This document shows, in pieces, positions 19,371 to 29,500 of a stretch of 64,000 nucleotides of DNA. A program made the translations under genes and the position numbers. The stretch comes from Myxococcota bacterium (lineage in GTDB: Bacteria; Myxococcota_A; UBA796; CAJQPC01), in assembly GCA_036012755.1 (NCBI GenBank), contig DASCPX010000047.1:32001-96000 (forward strand), given 5' to 3'. The notes under the pieces were generated by a model. The model saw nothing but the letters and a program-made list of their open reading frames with translations. It ran no database searches and was not told the origin of the DNA. Within the stretch, counting starts at the first letter, position 1; each line of letters starts with the position of its first letter.

Positions 19371-21473
19371 ATGTTGCTCTCCATCGCCGCCGCTCTGTCC
19401 GCAGAGCCCCACTTCTCCTACCCCAAGCTCGTCACCGCCAACGGCTACGGCGTGGCGGTGCTCAACGGCGCGAACGACGGGGGCGTGGTCCTCGATGTCT
19501 TCTCCGACCACCTCTACCAGCAGTACTCCGCGGACGACGAGCCGACTCGGGACCTGCTCTGGGACACCTACTTCGGCCTCCGCGCCGAGGGGGACTCCGG
19601 CTGGCTCACCGACTCCGCCTCCTACCAGACCCTGGCGGGCACGGGCGTGCTCGAGATCGACCGGTCCCGCGGCTCGCTGCTCATCACCGAGTACGCCTTC
19701 GCCTCCATGCAGGACGACAGCCCGGCGCTGGTCCACTTGCTGCGGGTCGAGAACCCCACCGGCGATGCCCTCGACGCCGAGCTCTTCCTGCTCGAGAACT
19801 TCCACGTCGGCGACAGCACCAGCGAGAACGAGGCGATCCAGCCCGAGGGCGAGGGGCTCGTCCTCTGGGGCGAGAACACCGGGCTGACGATGCACTTCTC
19901 TCCGCTGGTCACGCCGAGCAGGACGGACTGCTCGCCGAACGACCCCTGGTACGCGGTCAACGAGGGCTGGGACCTCGATGAGTGCTCCTACTCCGCCGGA
20001 GACGACCGGATCGGCGCCTTCCAGTGGAGCCTCGTCCTGGACGCTGGCGCTGTCGAGTGGATCGGTGTCGTCGATCACTTCGGCGACGGCGAGGTGCTCT
20101 CCGGTGACCCCGAGACCCTCTTGGACGAGGAGATCGCCTGGTGGCAGGCCTGGCACGACGAGGGCGAGCCCGCCTACGGGCTCACCGACGAGGAGTACGA
20201 GGTCTACTACCAGGCCCTGGCCTACCTGAAGATGAGCCAGGTGCGCGAAGAGGGCGATGCCTACGGGCAGATCCCTGCATCGCTGCCCCTGTCGGCTCCG
20301 GTCGGCGAGTTCCAGCACATCTGGAACATCAGCTGGGTCCGGGACGGGGCCTACGCCATCCGCGCGCTCACCGCCGCGGGCCACTACCCAGAGGCTCGCG
20401 CCGCCCTGGCCTTCCAGGTCCAGCCAGGCAAGACCGGGGACTGGGTCAGCTACGTCGGCGGCATGGACCACGCCCTGTCGATCTGCCGCATCTACGGCAA
20501 CGGCGACGAGTGGACCGACGTCGATGACGATGGCCCCAACATCGAGTTCGACAACTTCGGGCTCTACCTCTGGGCCTTCGGCGCCTATGTCCGCGCCACG
20601 AACGACGTGTCCTTCGCGGAGGAGCACGAAGAGGCGCTGCTCGACAAGACCGCTGACGTGCTCGTCGTGCTCGTCGATCCCTCGACCGGACTGATCACCG
20701 CCGACAGCTCGATCTGGGAGCGCCACTGGAACGGCAACCAGAAGCAGTTCACGTACACCTCTGCGTGGGCGGTGCGCGGCCTGCGAGAGGCGACCTACCT
20801 GGCCGAGAAGCTCAGCGACGCGCGGTCCGTGACCTACAGCGAAGAGGCCGACGCGCTGGCGGCAGCCATCGAGCAGCACCTCGTGCGAGACGACGGCGTG
20901 CTCGTGGGCAACCTCGAGGAGCACACCGCCAGCGATCCGGCCATGGACCTCGCCGCGGTGGACGCCTTCAACAACGGCGCGCTCGACGTCGGCGGCGAGT
21001 CCTTCTCTGCCTCGATGGAGGCCTGGGAGCGCGACCTGGGCCTGGCCAGCGGTCCGGGCTTCAAGCGCAACGACGACGGTGACCTCTACGACGAGCAGGA
21101 GTGGATCATGGTTGATTTGCGCGTCGCCGAGGCCCTGCGGAGGGCTTGCCGGGACGACGAGGCCGCGGAGATCGAGGACTGGGTCACGGAGCAGGCCCAG
21201 GCCAACCACCTCATCGTGCCCGAGCTGCTGGAGCCGACCAGCGCCGACTACGCCGGACCTGCGCCGATGATGGGCTTCGGCAGCGGGCTCTACGTGCTCC
21301 AGATGCACACCCGCGAGACCGACTACTGCTCCGGCGACACCGGGCCCGACGACACCGGCGGTGACACGGACGACCCGGGCGGCGCCACCCACCCGGACTG
21401 CGGCTGCTCGGCGACGGCCCTGCCGGCCTCGCTCGCACTCCTTCCACTCCTGCTGCTGAGGAGGCGTCGGTGA
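19371..21473 (+). CDS. GH15-like (glucoamylase-type) hydrolase with C-terminal MYXO-CTERM-like sorting signal
   Basis: GQIPAS..WNISWVRDGAY, DSSIWE; ends DCGCSATALPASLALLPLLLLRRRR. Confidence 0.75.
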   Translation: MLLSIAAALSAEPHFSYPKLVTANGYGVAVLNGANDGGVVLDVFSDHLYQQYSADDEPTRDLLWDTYFGLRAEGDSGWLTDSASYQTLAGTGVLEIDRSRGSLLITEYAFASMQDDSPALVHLLRVENPTGDALDAELFLLENFHVGDSTSENEAIQPEGEGLVLWGENTGLTMHFSPLVTPSRTDCSPNDPWYAVNEGWDLDECSYSAGDDRIGAFQWSLVLDAGAVEWIGVVDHFGDGEVLSGDPETLLDEEIAWWQAWHDEGEPAYGLTDEEYEVYYQALAYLKMSQVREEGDAYGQIPASLPLSAPVGEFQHIWNISWVRDGAYAIRALTAAGHYPEARAALAFQVQPGKTGDWVSYVGGMDHALSICRIYGNGDEWTDVDDDGPNIEFDNFGLYLWAFGAYVRATNDVSFAEEHEEALLDKTADVLVVLVDPSTGLITADSSIWERHWNGNQKQFTYTSAWAVRGLREATYLAEKLSDARSVTYSEEADALAAAIEQHLVRDDGVLVGNLEEHTASDPAMDLAAVDAFNNGALDVGGESFSASMEAWERDLGLASGPGFKRNDDGDLYDEQEWIMVDLRVAEALRRACRDDEAAEIEDWVTEQAQANHLIVPELLEPTSADYAGPAPMMGFGSGLYVLQMHTRETDYCSGDTGPDDTGGDTDDPGGATHPDCGCSATALPASLALLPLLLLRRRR

Positions 21474-23314
21474 CGTTCCTGCTGCTGTCCTGCATCGACC
21501 CGAGCATCTACGCCCAGTCACCCCAGCTCGAGACCCACGTCGACGACTGGCGCGACGAGGTCGTCTACCAGCTCATGGTCGACCGCTTCGCCAACGGCGA
21601 CGTGAACAACGACTACAACGTCACCCAGAACCCGGACGTCATGGCTCGCTACCTCGGCGGCGACTACCAGGGCGTCATCGACAAGGTCGACTACCTCGTC
21701 GAGCTGGGCGTCACGGCGGTCTGGGTCTCGCCGGTGGTGGTGAACGTCGAAGAGGACGCCGGGGTCTCCAGCTACCACGGCTACTGGACCCAGGACTTCA
21801 AGGGCGTGAACCCGCACTTCGGGGACCTCGCGAAGTTCCGCCAGATGGTCCGAGTGCTGCACGCCAACGGCATCCTGGTCATCCTCGACATCGTCGCGAA
21901 CCACGTCGGGCAGCTCTTCTACTACGACATCAACCGCAACGGGCAGGCGGACATCACCCAGTACGGCTCGGGCAAGGACGGCGACGAGCTCTCGATCATC
22001 ATGGAGTGGGACCCCGCCTACGACGAGCGCGGAGTCCAGGGGTGGACCTCGCTCGGAGAGAGCGGCGACGCCCCGGTCGGCTGGGTCTACATGCCGGAGC
22101 TCAACCGGCTGCCTCCCGAGCCCGCCGTGTTCCACGATGAGGCCTTCTACAACCGGCGCGGGCGCGTGACCGACTGGAACGTGCGCCACCAGGTCGAGAA
22201 GGGGGACTTCCCGGGGGGGCTCAAGGACCTCGACACCCTCAACCCGGACGTGCTCGAGGCGCTGATCGACGTCTTCACCTACTGGATCGTCGAGACGGAC
22301 ATCGACGGCTACCGCATCGACACCCTCAAGCACATCGAGAACGACTTCTGGCAGGAGTTCGCCCCCGCCATCCGCCAGAACGCCGCGGCGGCTGGAAAGG
22401 ACAACTTCCTGATGTTCGGCGAGGCCTTCGACGGCTCCGACGCGCTCATCGGGAGCTACACCTGTGACACTCGCTCGGGGAAGCTCGGCTGGTACCCCTA
22501 CGAGTCCTCTGACGGGCAGTACGTCGGCTGCGACCACGCCGACAACCTCGGCGGCGAGGACTACCAGGGCGTCGACTCGGTCTTCTACTTCAGCCAGAAG
22601 TTCCAGGTCTTCGACGACGTCTTCAAGTACGGCGGTCCCACCTCGAAGATCGAGAGCCTCTACTCCGAGCGGGACCTCCACTACGGCCAGGCGCCGAAGG
22701 CCCACGGCGCCGGTCAGGCTCCTCGGGACATCCTCGTCAACTTCGTCGACAACCACGACATTCCGCGCTTCCTCTACGACAATCCCTCGGTCCCGGCGCT
22801 CAAGAACTCCCTGTTCTACCTGCTCACAGAGGACGGCGTTCCGTGCATCTACTACGGGACCGAGCAGGCCTTCTCCGGTGGCAACGACCCCGCGAACCGC
22901 GAGCCCCTTTGGTGGTCGGGCTACGACACCGACGGCGACGTCTTCCTCCACACCCAGTCCCTGATCCGGCTGCGGAAGGCCTACGAGCCGCTTCGGCGCG
23001 GCCGCTTCTCCGTGGCCTGGGCCAGTGACCGGGTCGACAGCGAGAGCGACGCAGGCATCTTCGCCTTCGAGCGCTCGTCCGCCGAGGGGACCGCGCTGGT
23101 GGTGGTCAACACCCACGACGACCAGGTCAGCCAGACCAGCTTCGAGGTCTACGGCATGCCCGTCTCCTTCGCCGCGGGCACCACCCTGGTCGAGATCTGG
23201 CCAGAGGGCTCCGACCGCACCTTCACCGTCGACTCGGCGGGCGAGGTCGTGGTGGATGTTTCTCCCCGAGGAGGCTCGGTGCTCGTTCCCGAGAGCGAGG
23301 TGGTGAGCTACTGA
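21470..23314 (+). CDS. GH13 alpha-amylase family lipoprotein
   Basis: MTFLLLSC; DWRDEVVYQLMVDRFANGD, YHGYW, DGYRIDTLKH, FGE, FVDNHD. Confidence 0.9.
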   Translation: MTFLLLSCIDPSIYAQSPQLETHVDDWRDEVVYQLMVDRFANGDVNNDYNVTQNPDVMARYLGGDYQGVIDKVDYLVELGVTAVWVSPVVVNVEEDAGVSSYHGYWTQDFKGVNPHFGDLAKFRQMVRVLHANGILVILDIVANHVGQLFYYDINRNGQADITQYGSGKDGDELSIIMEWDPAYDERGVQGWTSLGESGDAPVGWVYMPELNRLPPEPAVFHDEAFYNRRGRVTDWNVRHQVEKGDFPGGLKDLDTLNPDVLEALIDVFTYWIVETDIDGYRIDTLKHIENDFWQEFAPAIRQNAAAAGKDNFLMFGEAFDGSDALIGSYTCDTRSGKLGWYPYESSDGQYVGCDHADNLGGEDYQGVDSVFYFSQKFQVFDDVFKYGGPTSKIESLYSERDLHYGQAPKAHGAGQAPRDILVNFVDNHDIPRFLYDNPSVPALKNSLFYLLTEDGVPCIYYGTEQAFSGGNDPANREPLWWSGYDTDGDVFLHTQSLIRLRKAYEPLRRGRFSVAWASDRVDSESDAGIFAFERSSAEGTALVVVNTHDDQVSQTSFEVYGMPVSFAAGTTLVEIWPEGSDRTFTVDSAGEVVVDVSPRGGSVLVPESEVVSY

Positions 23315-23335
23315 TCCGGGAGCTACGTTCTCGCG

Positions 23336-23878
23336 ATGCTGCTTCTCCTGGCCTGCACCACGTTCACAGTGAACGACGACAGCGGCGATTCCGTGGGCGG
23401 GACCGGTGACCCCTCCGGCGACCTCGACTGCGACGCTGACTACGACTTCAGCGAGCCGGCGGGCCCCGACTGCATCACCGGCGTGCTCCACTGCGGCGAC
23501 GTCATCGAAGGGCACACCCGCGGCGGGTCCTCGGGGATGGACTCGGAGTTCTACCGGTCCGCCTTCTGCTTCGTCCCGTACACGGCCTACGACGGCCCCG
23601 AGCGCGTCTACGAGCTCGAGCTCGAGGCCGACACAGAGGCTACGGTCACCCTCGAGGCCCCCTGCTCGGATCTCGGCTTTGCAGCCGCCCGGTGGTCGGA
23701 CGAGGACGTCTGTCCCAGCGGAGATGACCACGCGATCCTCGACTGCAACGGCGCGGCCGCGGACTCCGTCAGCGACACGAAGTCCAACACCTTCTGGGCG
23801 GAGAAGGCCACCCGCTTCATCGTCGCTGTAGATGGGGCCTCGCCTGCTGCCTACAGGCTCACCGTCGAGTGTGAGTGA
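23336..23878 (+). CDS. Cys-rich lipoprotein (PPC-like beta-sandwich)
   Basis: MLLLLAC; GPERVYEL..VTLEAPCSDL..FIVAVDG..YRLTVEC. Confidence 0.65.
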   Translation: MLLLLACTTFTVNDDSGDSVGGTGDPSGDLDCDADYDFSEPAGPDCITGVLHCGDVIEGHTRGGSSGMDSEFYRSAFCFVPYTAYDGPERVYELELEADTEATVTLEAPCSDLGFAAARWSDEDVCPSGDDHAILDCNGAAADSVSDTKSNTFWAEKATRFIVAVDGASPAAYRLTVECE

Positions 23879-24027
23879 GTCGTCGGTACTGACGACTTGT
23901 GGGCGCATGGGCCTGTTTGTCGACACAAGTGGCGACTTGTCGAAGTGAGGTCTGGAGTGTATGATCAAGTCGCAACATTCGACGAGTAAGGGCCTCTATC
24001 GTCCCTGACTCGTCAGAAGAGGCGACT
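23878..24027 (+). promoter_or_regulatory. hipBA-type promoter (-35 TTGTCG 23937-42, 17 nt, -10 TATGAT 23960-65) with four palindromic operators
   Basis: AGTCGTC-N6-GACGACT (23878), TGTCGAC-N6-GGCGACT (23918), AGTCGCA-N6-GACGAGT (23968), ACTCGTC-N6-GGCGACT (24008). Confidence 0.8.
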
Positions 24028-24353
24028 TGAAGATCACATCCGACCTCAGTGACGACGCCGCGCTCGCCGAGCTGGGCGCGCGCCTTCGACGCCATCGACT
24101 GGCGCTGGACCGCACCCAGCGCGAGCTCGCGGAGGAGGCTGGAGTCTCCAAGCGCACCCTGGAGCGGATCGAGGCGGGCCGGACGACCCAGACCGACAGC
24201 CTGTTCCGGCTGCTTCGAGCGCTCGGGCTCCTGGAGAACCTGGAGGCCGTAGTGCCGCCGCCGCTGGACAGCCCGCTCCCTGGCGCGCGGAGGCAGCGCG
24301 CCCGAGGGGTCAGCGACGACGACCCCGGACCCTGGACCTGGCGGGAGCGGTGA
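24027..24353 (+). CDS. hipB: XRE/HipB-like HTH antitoxin
   Basis: LGARLRRHRLALDRTQRELAEEAGVSKRTLERIEAG; GTGA overlap with the toxin gene. Confidence 0.8.
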   Translation: MKITSDLSDDAALAELGARLRRHRLALDRTQRELAEEAGVSKRTLERIEAGRTTQTDSLFRLLRALGLLENLEAVVPPPLDSPLPGARRQRARGVSDDDPGPWTWRER

Positions 24354-25639
24354 GCCGCGCGGAGGTCGTGCTCTGGGGACGGCACATCGCTTCGGTCGCA
24401 CTCGACGACGAGGTCGCCGTCTTCCAGTACCACCCGGACTTCGCCGCCAGCGGCATCCAGGTGAGTCCGCTGCGCATGCCGCTGGGCCGAGCGCCGCTGA
24501 GCTTTCCGGCGCTCCCTCGACCGGCCTTCCACGGCCTGCCGGGGCTCTTGGCCGACTCCCTCCCGGATCGCTACGGGAACGCGCTGATCGACGCCTGGCT
24601 GGCCCGGCAGGGTCGGTCGGCCGCCAGCTTCGACGCTGTCGAGCGGCTCTGCTACACGGGCGCCCGCGGCATGGGTGCCCTCGAGTTCTTGCCGGCATCC
24701 GGTCCCGAACCGACCACCTCCGAGCAGCTCGAGCTCGCCGAGCTCCACGCCCTGGCCGGTGACGTGCTGAGCGACCGCCTGGCGCTGACCGCTGACCTGG
24801 GCGCGCGATCAACTGCGATGCGCCACCTGCTCCAGGTCGGCACCAGCGCAGGCGGTGCCCGGGCCAAGGCGCTGGTGGCGTGGAACGAGAAGACCAACGA
24901 GGTCAGGTCAGGCCAGGTAGAGGCAGGGGATGGCTTCGCTTCCTGGCTGCTGAAGTTCGACGGTGTCCGGAACAACCGGGACAAGGAGCTGGAGGACCCG
25001 CGGGGATTCGGCGCGCTCGAGTACGCCTACCACCTCATGGCGGTCGCGGCGGGGCTCGAGATGGCCGAGTGCCGGCTCATGGAGGAGGGCTCTCGGCGCC
25101 ACTTCATGACCCGTCGCTTCGACCGCACGGTGCAGGGTCGAAAGCTGCACATGCAGAGCCTGGCCGCGCTGGCACACATGGACTTCAACGCCGCGGGGGC
25201 CAACAGCTACGAGCAGGCGCTGCGCCTGGTGCGCGAGCTCGACCTGGGCATGGCTTCGGTCGAGCAGCTCTTCCGCCGCATGGTCTTCAACATCGTCGCG
25301 CGGAACCAGGACGACCACGTCAAGAACATCGCCTTCCTCATGACGCCGGAGGGCTCCTGGTCCCTGGCTCCCGCCTACGACGTGACCTACAGCTACAACC
25401 CGCAGGGTGACTGGACCTCTCGCCACCAGATGACGCTCAACGGAAAGCGGGACGCCTTCGAGCTGGCCGACTTCCGCGCCTGCGCCCGAGCGGTCTCGAT
25501 GAAGCGCGGGCGGGCGAGACGCATCGTCGAGGAGGTCACGGACGCTGTGGGCAGCTGGCTCGAGATCGCCGATGTCGTCGGCATCCCGGAGGCTTGGGCT
25601 GCGGAGGTGCGCGCTCATCAGCGCCTCGAGCTGCGCTGA
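24350..25639 (+). CDS. hipA: HipA family toxin kinase
   Basis: DSLPDRYG, GTSAGGARAK loop, WLLKFDG, RRFDR, RNQDDHVKN, LAPAYD. Confidence 0.9.
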   Translation: MSRAEVVLWGRHIASVALDDEVAVFQYHPDFAASGIQVSPLRMPLGRAPLSFPALPRPAFHGLPGLLADSLPDRYGNALIDAWLARQGRSAASFDAVERLCYTGARGMGALEFLPASGPEPTTSEQLELAELHALAGDVLSDRLALTADLGARSTAMRHLLQVGTSAGGARAKALVAWNEKTNEVRSGQVEAGDGFASWLLKFDGVRNNRDKELEDPRGFGALEYAYHLMAVAAGLEMAECRLMEEGSRRHFMTRRFDRTVQGRKLHMQSLAALAHMDFNAAGANSYEQALRLVRELDLGMASVEQLFRRMVFNIVARNQDDHVKNIAFLMTPEGSWSLAPAYDVTYSYNPQGDWTSRHQMTLNGKRDAFELADFRACARAVSMKRGRARRIVEEVTDAVGSWLEIADVVGIPEAWAAEVRAHQRLELR

Positions 25640-25643
25640 GGCC

Positions 25644-26463
25644 CTAGGCGTCGACGAAGAGCCCCGCCTCCTCCAGCGCGCCGACGAGGGCGTCGATCAC
25701 ATCGGTCCGGGTGATCACCGACCGGGGCTTGTCGTCTTCGTCCACCACCGGGATGCAGCCGACCCGACCGGCCATCATCCACCGCGTGACCTCGATCACC
25801 GTGGCGTCGCCTCCGACCGTCCAGACCAGCTGGTGTCTCAGCAGATCCGACACCGGGGAGCCTATCGGTGTGCCTTCGCGCACGAGGTCCCTGTGGGAAA
25901 TGACACCACGGAGCTGCCCCTCTTCGTTCACGACGCAGAGATGTCGGATCCTCATGCTGGTCATCGTGGCCCAGGCCTCTGTGGTCGGCGTGGTCGGCTC
26001 GACGCAGGCCACCGGGCTCGAGCCGCAGTGGGCAGTGGCCAGGCGCTCGTCCACCAGCGCCTGAGCCAGCCTCAGGCCGTCGTGCTCGGTGATGATCCCC
26101 ACCGGTTGCCCTCGGGTCCACCGCGATTGCGCAGTCGGTGTGGCTCTGCAGCATGCGGCGGAGGACCGGCAGCAGGGGCTCGTCGGGCCTGGTGACGACC
26201 ATCGCGGGGACGCAGACATCGGCGGCGGTCCTGTACTCCGCTCCCGGGACGATCACCGCCAGCGCGGGCTCGTCCAGCGAGGTGAAGCCGACGTGGGCAA
26301 AGAGCTCCGTGTCGTCGAGGACCCCGACGAGCGCGCCGTGCCGGTCGATCAGCGGCAGGTGCCGCAGGTCGTTGTCGAGGAGCTTGATCGCGCAATGGGT
26401 CAGGGTGTCCGTGTCCCGGCCCAGGACCAGGCGGGAGCTCATCAGTTGGGCGACGGTGTCCAT
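25644..26463 (-). pseudogene. Four-CBS-domain protein with a frameshift near 26112
   Basis: CBS motifs (LRHLPLID..LVGVL; IRHLCVVN..LRGVISHRD; VGCIPVVD) split between the 26463 and 26219 frames at GTGGACCCGAGGGCAACCG. Confidence 0.75.
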
Positions 26464-26487
26464 CGGGACCTCCCTGCCTGGTGCAGG

Positions 26488-26503
26488 AGCAAGCCCCGTG
26501 CCA
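26488..26503 (-). promoter_or_regulatory. Sigma-54 (-24/-12) promoter of the CBS gene
   Basis: Minus strand TGGCACGGGGCTTGCT matches TGGCACG-N4-TTGCW; followed by GGAGG SD and ATG 26463. Confidence 0.8.
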
Positions 26504-26505
26504 GC

Positions 26506-29500
26506 CTAAAGGCCCTTCGTGTCGAGGCTCGTCGTCACCCCGTTGAGCAGGGCGGCCCCCGTCTTCGCGTCCCTGAGGTCCGCCCCGGACAGATCCGCGT
26601 CGGAGAGGTTCGTGCCGGTCAGGTCGGCCTCGCGGAGATCCGCGTCCACCAGGATCGCCTCGGAGAGGTCCGCGTTGGTCAGGCGGGATCCCCTGAGCTT
26701 CGCGCCTGACAGATCGAGCCCTCGCAGCTGCGCTCCGGTGAGGTCGAGCCCGGAGAGGCGGAGGTCCGCCAGGGGGACGCCCGGGACCAGCAGGATCACG
26801 CCGAGGGCCTCTGGCTGCATGTCGCTCGGCCAGCGGGTCTTTGCGTCGGCGAAGGCGCCGTCGAGCGTCGCGCCGCCCAGGCTCGCGCCCAGGAGCTTCG
26901 CACCGACCAGCGAGGCACCGGAGAGGTCGGCGCCCACGAGGTGGGCGTTGGTCAGCTCGGTCCCCGCGAAGCTCGCGCCGGGGAGCTCGGCTCCGGTGAG
27001 GTCGGCCCCGCCGAGGCGCGCCAGGGCAAAGCTCGCCCGAGGGGCGTGCATGCCCAGCATGCGGGCGTCGGACATGTGACAGCCGCGGAAGCTCGCCTCG
27101 GCGGCGTGGGCTTCGTTGAGCTCGATCTCCGACAGGTCGAGCTCCTGGAAGACCATGCGGTCGAGCACCATCATCGAGGCGTCGGCGCCGGGGCCGATGG
27201 CGCCCCTGGGGGGCAGGTCGCGCCAGATGGTGTGGGCGTCGAAGATGGCGCCGACGAAGTCCGAGCCCAGCAGGTCCGCGTCGAGGTTCGCCCTGCGAAG
27301 ATCAGCCTGGCGGAAGCTGGCTCCTAGCAGGTTCGCCTCGCTCAGGTCTGCGCCGATGAGGCGGGCGCCGTCGAGGTTCGTCCCCTCGAGGCTGGCGCGA
27401 GCGAGGTTGGCCTTCTCGAGGTCCGCGCCCGACAGATCGGCGCCCGCGAGGTCCGTGTCGGAGAGGTCCGCGGCGAAGAGCCGGACGCCGTGGAGGCGCG
27501 CGAAGCGCAGGGAGGTTCCCTGGAGCTCCGCTCCGTCCACTCCGGAGAAGGACAAGAGCCGAACCCAGGTCGCGTTGGCCGCGGCGAAGTCCGTCGGCAT
27601 CTGTCCCACCGACCAGCCCAGGGCGACGAAGAGCAGGGGGGCGGCGTAGCGCCAGAAGCGTTGGCGACGAGCGGCTTTTTTCGCCGTGATCTCCCTGGCG
27701 ACCCAGGCGTCGTAGTTGCGCTCGTGGCTCTGGCGGTAGAAGGCGCGCTCCTCCCTCGTGCGCAGGACCAGGGAGCCGACGTGTTGCTGGACGACCTCGA
27801 AGTGCGCGTCGAGCAACAGGTCCTGCTCCTGCTTGCCCCCCTTGAGCCAGAGCTCGAGCCCCTGCCGGAAGAGCTGGCGGGCGCGGTTCCGCTCGCTGAG
27901 CTCCTCGCCGTAGTCCTGGATGCGGGCGATGAGGGCTTCGTGGGCGATGCGGTAGGCGCGCTCTTCGGGCCAGCGCGGGTCCTTGTAGCCCTGCACGATG
28001 CGCCAGCGGCTCTCGAGCCTGCGAAGCACCTCGTCCACCTTCTCGACGTTGGTGTGGGCGGCCAGCAGGCCGCTGCGGGAGGTCGGGCGCGAGGTGGCGG
28101 AGCCAGGGAGGTGGGTCAGGGCTCGCAGGAGCTCCTTCGCGAGGCCGCGGTCGCCGGGCTCGATGTCCTCGATGGCCTCGTCGAGGATGCGCCCGAGGAT
28201 GCCCTGGGCGCCGCCGAGCCCGGCGCGGTAGTGCTCGCGGGAGATGAGTGGCTCGGGGCTGTCCTTCACCATCTCCCAGAGCCTCGTGCCCACGGCCTGC
28301 ACCCTAGGGGCGACCTCGCCGGCGTCGTCCTCGACGAGGTCGCGCACGATCTCCGCGGCCAGGCCCGGCTCCATCGCGAAGGGCGCGTAGTCGACGGGGA
28401 GTCCGCTTCGGCCCGGTCCCAGGAGCGCCTCCTCGAGATCCTCTGTGGACAGCGGCCGCAGCGGCATGGTGCGGAGCAGCTGGTCGACGGGCAGGGGATG
28501 GAGGGTCCGCAACAGCTGCCCGAGGTAGTCCTCTCGGATGCTGAAGACGAAGCGCACTCCGCGCTCGCCGGCGCCGACCACAGAGGCGATGTCGGCTTGG
28601 AAGCGAGCCTGGTCCTCGCTCTCGCCGGCCGTGAAGAGCTCCTCGAGCTGGTCGAGCACGACGGCGATGGGCCGCCCCTCGATCTCGGCCAGCGAGTCGA
28701 GCAGCATCGGCAGGGGCCTGTCCTCTGTCTCTCCGGAGTGCCGCGTCAGCCGGCGGGTGACGGCCTGGCCCAGCGCCAGGGTCGGCTCGTGGCTCCCACG
28801 CACCACGAGGACCTCGTGCCCGATGTCTTCCAGCGCCGGCACGATCCGCGCGTAGAGGAACGAGGTCTTGCCCACCCCCGAGCTGCCGGTGAGGGCCAGC
28901 AGCGGGACGTCCTCGCCGCTCTCCCAGATCTCCAGGAACTGCCCCGAGTCATCGTCCCGGCCGAAGAAGATGGCCGAGGTCGAGGGCGAAAACGGCGCCA
29001 GGAAGCGGTAGGGCTCGGCGGGGAGGCGCTCTGGCGTCCGCTCACGACCCTTGGCCCTTGTCTCGGTGACGCCCTGGATGCGACGCAGCTCCTCCGAGAG
29101 CGCCGCCCAGTGCTCGAAGCGCGCGCAGGGGTCCTTGGCCAGGCAGCGCAACACCAGCTGCTCGACTGGGTGGGGGATGCTCGCGAAGAGGCTCGGTGGC
29201 TGGGGGGGCGTGTGGACGTGGGCGGAGAGGTAGCCCTGGACCGAGTCGGCCTCGAAGGGGGCCCGGCCGGCGAGCATCTCGTAGAGGATGACGCCGAAGG
29301 CATAGATGTCGGAGCGGTGGTCGATCTCCCAGCAGAGCGCTTGCTCGGGGGCCATGTAGCGAGGCGTGCCGACGAGGGCGCCGGCGCGGGTCAGGCGACC
29401 TGGCGACTCGCTGGGCAGCGGTGGCCTCGGGGGCCGGACCTCGTCCTCGTAGTCCTCGTCGTCTCCGAGCGGGGCCATGGTCTCGAGGCTGCGAGCCTCT

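Noticed and set aside
23878..24027. Mini-CRISPR array from the regularly spaced repeats
   Set aside because: Repeats are short, degenerate palindromes around a promoter; no cas genes; fits operators.
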